From a virus, in the IMG/VR virus record IMGVR_UViG_3300010399_000001, positions 1 through 64,000 of that record: 64,000 nt of DNA; one strand, written 5' to 3'. Shown here piece after piece: positions 61,688 to 64,000 of this stretch (position 1 is its first letter; the number at the start of each line of letters is the position of its first letter). The notes under the pieces were generated by a model that was not told the origin of the DNA, made no database searches, and worked only from the letters and a program-made list of their open reading frames with translations. The translations under genes were made by a program, and so were the position numbers.

Positions 61688-62384
61688 GAAGTCGCTGATG
61701 GTCAGCGAGGTATTCGGCCCCACCTTCCAGGGGGAGGGGCCGAGTACCGGACGTAGGGCGGTATTCATCAGGCTAATGGGCTGCAATCTGACCTGCAAGT
61801 GGTGCGATACGCCGTACACCTGGGACGGCAAGAGGTTCGACCTGCGCGCCGAAGGCAAGCGGATGCAGGTCGCTCGGATCATCCGCAAGATCAGCGGTAA
61901 GCCGGAGCTGGCGGTTATCACCGGAGGCGAACCTCTGCTGCACCAGGAGCAGAGTGGCTGGATACCACTCCTGGATGAACTGGTCGCACATGGCCTGAAG
62001 ATCGAGATCGAGACCAACGGTACCCAGCTACCCACGACGCAGACGGAGATGCGGGTGGCCCGCTTCAATGTCTCGCCGAAACTGGCGCACGCGGGCGACA
62101 AGGAAGATAAGCGCCTGAAGTACGACGTGCTGCGCGCGCTGGTGGTGACTGGAGCGGCGATCTTCAAGTTCGTCGCGCGCACCGCCTCCGATCTGGACCA
62201 GGTGGAGCGCATCGTAGAACGGGCTCAGATCCCTAACGAGCTAGTCTGGATCATGCCCGAGGGTACCGATGCCGAGACCCTGACCCGGGGCATCCAGACG
62301 CTAGCGCCGCTCGTCGTGACGCGCGGATGGAATCTCACTACGCGTCTGCATGTGATCGCGTATGGCGATAGAAGAGGTGTATAG
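61677..62384 (+). CDS. queE: 7-carboxy-7-deazaguanine synthase (radical SAM)
   Basis: TFQGEG, CNLTCKWCDT, TGGEP, ETNGT, VSPK. Confidence 0.93.
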   Translation: MMPEKSLMVSEVFGPTFQGEGPSTGRRAVFIRLMGCNLTCKWCDTPYTWDGKRFDLRAEGKRMQVARIIRKISGKPELAVITGGEPLLHQEQSGWIPLLDELVAHGLKIEIETNGTQLPTTQTEMRVARFNVSPKLAHAGDKEDKRLKYDVLRALVVTGAAIFKFVARTASDLDQVERIVERAQIPNELVWIMPEGTDAETLTRGIQTLAPLVVTRGWNLTTRLHVIAYGDRRGV

Positions 62385-62960
62385 ATGACCGATACCGCTG
62401 CCGCTCAGGCTGGCGTGCGGGCGCTGCTGCTTGGCATCGGAGAGAATCCGGACCGGCCTGGCCTGAAGGAGACTCCGCGCCGGGTGGCGAAGGCGCTTAT
62501 CGACTTCACGACACCTACCGGTCCAAGTCCGCAGGAGCTTCTGGCCGTCACATTCAACGACGCCGATCCCGCACCGGACCAGATGATCACAGTAGGGCCG
62601 ATCGAGTTCGCATCGCTCTGCGAGCATCACCTTCTACCATTCACCGGGCACGCGTATGTCGGCTACATCCCCGGCGCGGCCGGGGCGGTGGTGGGCCTGT
62701 CCAAGCTGGCACGCCTGGTGGACTGGTATGCGCACGGCCTCCAGATCCAGGAGCGCCTTACCGCTCAGGTGACAGGGGCGATCGACAAGTACCTCGATAC
62801 CCTCGGCTCGGCCTGCACGATCCACTCGTCGCATTCCTGCATGACCTCTCGCGGCGCTCACAAGCCTGGTGCGATCATGCGTACCACCTCTCTAACTGGA
62901 GCGTTCCGGGATCAGGATGCGACCAGGGCAGAGTTTCTAGCCCACACGCGCTGCTGCTGA
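62385..62960 (+). CDS. folE: GTP cyclohydrolase I
   Basis: ETPRRV, CEHHLLPF, GLSKLAR, QERLT, HSCM..RG. Confidence 0.95.
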   Translation: MTDTAAAQAGVRALLLGIGENPDRPGLKETPRRVAKALIDFTTPTGPSPQELLAVTFNDADPAPDQMITVGPIEFASLCEHHLLPFTGHAYVGYIPGAAGAVVGLSKLARLVDWYAHGLQIQERLTAQVTGAIDKYLDTLGSACTIHSSHSCMTSRGAHKPGAIMRTTSLTGAFRDQDATRAEFLAHTRCC

Positions 62961-63078
62961 GGGGTGTGCCCGAGCGCGCTCTTATGCTACGCTACTCAAG
63001 GCAGATGCACGCGAGATCTATCACCCTCGTGAGATGCATCAACACATTGAGTCCCTACCCCCGGGAGAAGGGAGTGGC

Positions 63079-63327
63079 ATGGCCAGCAAGCTTTACCGCG
63101 TCAAGACTCTGACGCTAGGCGAGGTATCCATCGAGGAGGGTTCCGAAGCCAAGGAGCTGGAGGAGGCGATCGCCAAGGGCGAGGAAGCCGTCTTCGACCT
63201 CTTCAACGAGTACGAGATCGGCGTCGATCTGGATGACGCAGAAGTCGTCGGCGTGGAGATCATCGACGCCGATGGCAAGGTCATCGCCAAGAGAGGCCAG
63301 GAGTTGCCCGGAATCGTCCGGGTCTAG
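63079..63327 (+). CDS. Acidic hypothetical protein
   Basis: GGAG RBS; promoter motif at 62986. Confidence 0.6.
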   Translation: MASKLYRVKTLTLGEVSIEEGSEAKELEEAIAKGEEAVFDLFNEYEIGVDLDDAEVVGVEIIDADGKVIAKRGQELPGIVRV

Positions 63328-63338
63328 AACGGAGCAAC

Positions 63339-63518
63339 ATGCCCAGGCAGAAGAGGTCGGTATCCCCGAATCCGGGTAGGCGCAGCGGCGAGCCGTCGAA
63401 GCACCAGCGGCGCGTCAAGGCGAAGCTGGCCGAGCGCACCGCGCGCTACGAGGCCGTGCCTGCCCCGATCAAGGGCGGCTTCAGGAAGCCGGGTTCGCAG
63501 AACCTGCACCACCAGTAA
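63339..63518 (+). CDS. Small basic protein (59 aa)
   Basis: GGAG RBS; MPRQKRS...FRKPGSQNLHHQ. Confidence 0.5.
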   Translation: MPRQKRSVSPNPGRRSGEPSKHQRRVKAKLAERTARYEAVPAPIKGGFRKPGSQNLHHQ

Positions 63519-63558
63519 CCCCTACGCGGGAGGGAGTCCACCACCCCCTCCCGCACCC

Positions 63559-63626
63559 GCCCCTGTCGCCCAATTGGCAGAGCATCCGGTGCACCGGAGA
63601 TCGAGGTTCAAGTCCTCGCGGGGGCT
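63559..63626 (+). ncRNA. tRNA-like RNA with collapsed anticodon loop
   Basis: GCCCCTG/CGGGGGC acceptor, D-loop AATTGGCA, T-arm CGAGG-TTCAAGT-CCTCG; anticodon arm TCCGG-TGCA-CCGGA. Confidence 0.7.
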
Positions 63627-63660
63627 CTCTGCGGCCGACCGGCCGTGAGAGGAGGAGGTT

Positions 63661-64000
63661 GTGGATCTCAGTGGGGAGGCCAGACGCATCGGAGACGCAC
63701 TCCGGCTGCACTGGCCTGAAACGAAGTTCTACGTCTCAACCCAGCCGTCCGAGGGTGAGCATTGCGCTCTGGTGATCGTCGAATGGGAAGACGCACCGCG
63801 CGCCACCATGGTGCGACATGTAGCCAGGGAGGCTGCTGACTTCTCCACCAGCAAGAGGCCGGGATGGAAGATCGCCTTCCGTCACCGCATCTCCCGCGAC
63901 CTGCGCCTTCGGGTGCGCGAGGTGATTCTGGCCCAGTATCCGGGCTATGACTACATCACGCAGACCGGTGATCTGAATCCGGATGCCGTCTGGCGCTACC
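63661..64000 (+). CDS. Partial ORF, possibly LPD29-like
   Basis: AGGAGG RBS and GTG; IGDALRLHWPETKFYV...VEWEDAP; runs off the window. Confidence 0.45.
   Translation, partial: MDLSGEARRIGDALRLHWPETKFYVSTQPSEGEHCALVIVEWEDAPRATMVRHVAREAADFSTSKRPGWKIAFRHRISRDLRLRVREVILAQYPGYDYITQTGDLNPDAVWRY

Overview
This 64 kb GC-rich (roughly 65%) window looks like the left end and early/middle region of a large actinobacteriophage, probably with a Streptomyces-like host. Evidence: two Lsr2-like genes, WhiB, a SARP regulator, RecT/YqaJ, RusA-like, HNH and many small orphan genes. No capsid, tail, terminase or integrase gene is recognisable. Genes run on the minus strand up to about 57.6 kb and on the plus strand after that. 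A 12-bp motif, GCTACRHTRCTC, occurs 28 times by manual count, precedes operons and flips strand at the switch. The plus-strand part encodes RNase H and a 7-deazaguanine DNA-modification cluster (ParB-like, DpdA-like, queC, queD, queE, folE). The most striking locus is 51.5-55.9 kb. A dedicated promoter drives a tandem array of seven Y-RNA-like units that share a Ro-binding-type scaffold but carry different tRNA-mimic payloads, several showing distinct anticodon loops (Tyr-GUA, Arg-UCU, Pro-UGG, Val-CAC and others). A terminator, a Ro60/TROVE gene, a polynucleotide kinase/phosphatase and a HAD phosphatase follow. Other oddities: a triple-T-arm RNA, an anticodon-less tRNA, a GATC-rich and AC/GT-depleted terminal region, and Lsr2 paralogs lacking the RGR hook. 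All calls come from manual reading; no searches were run.
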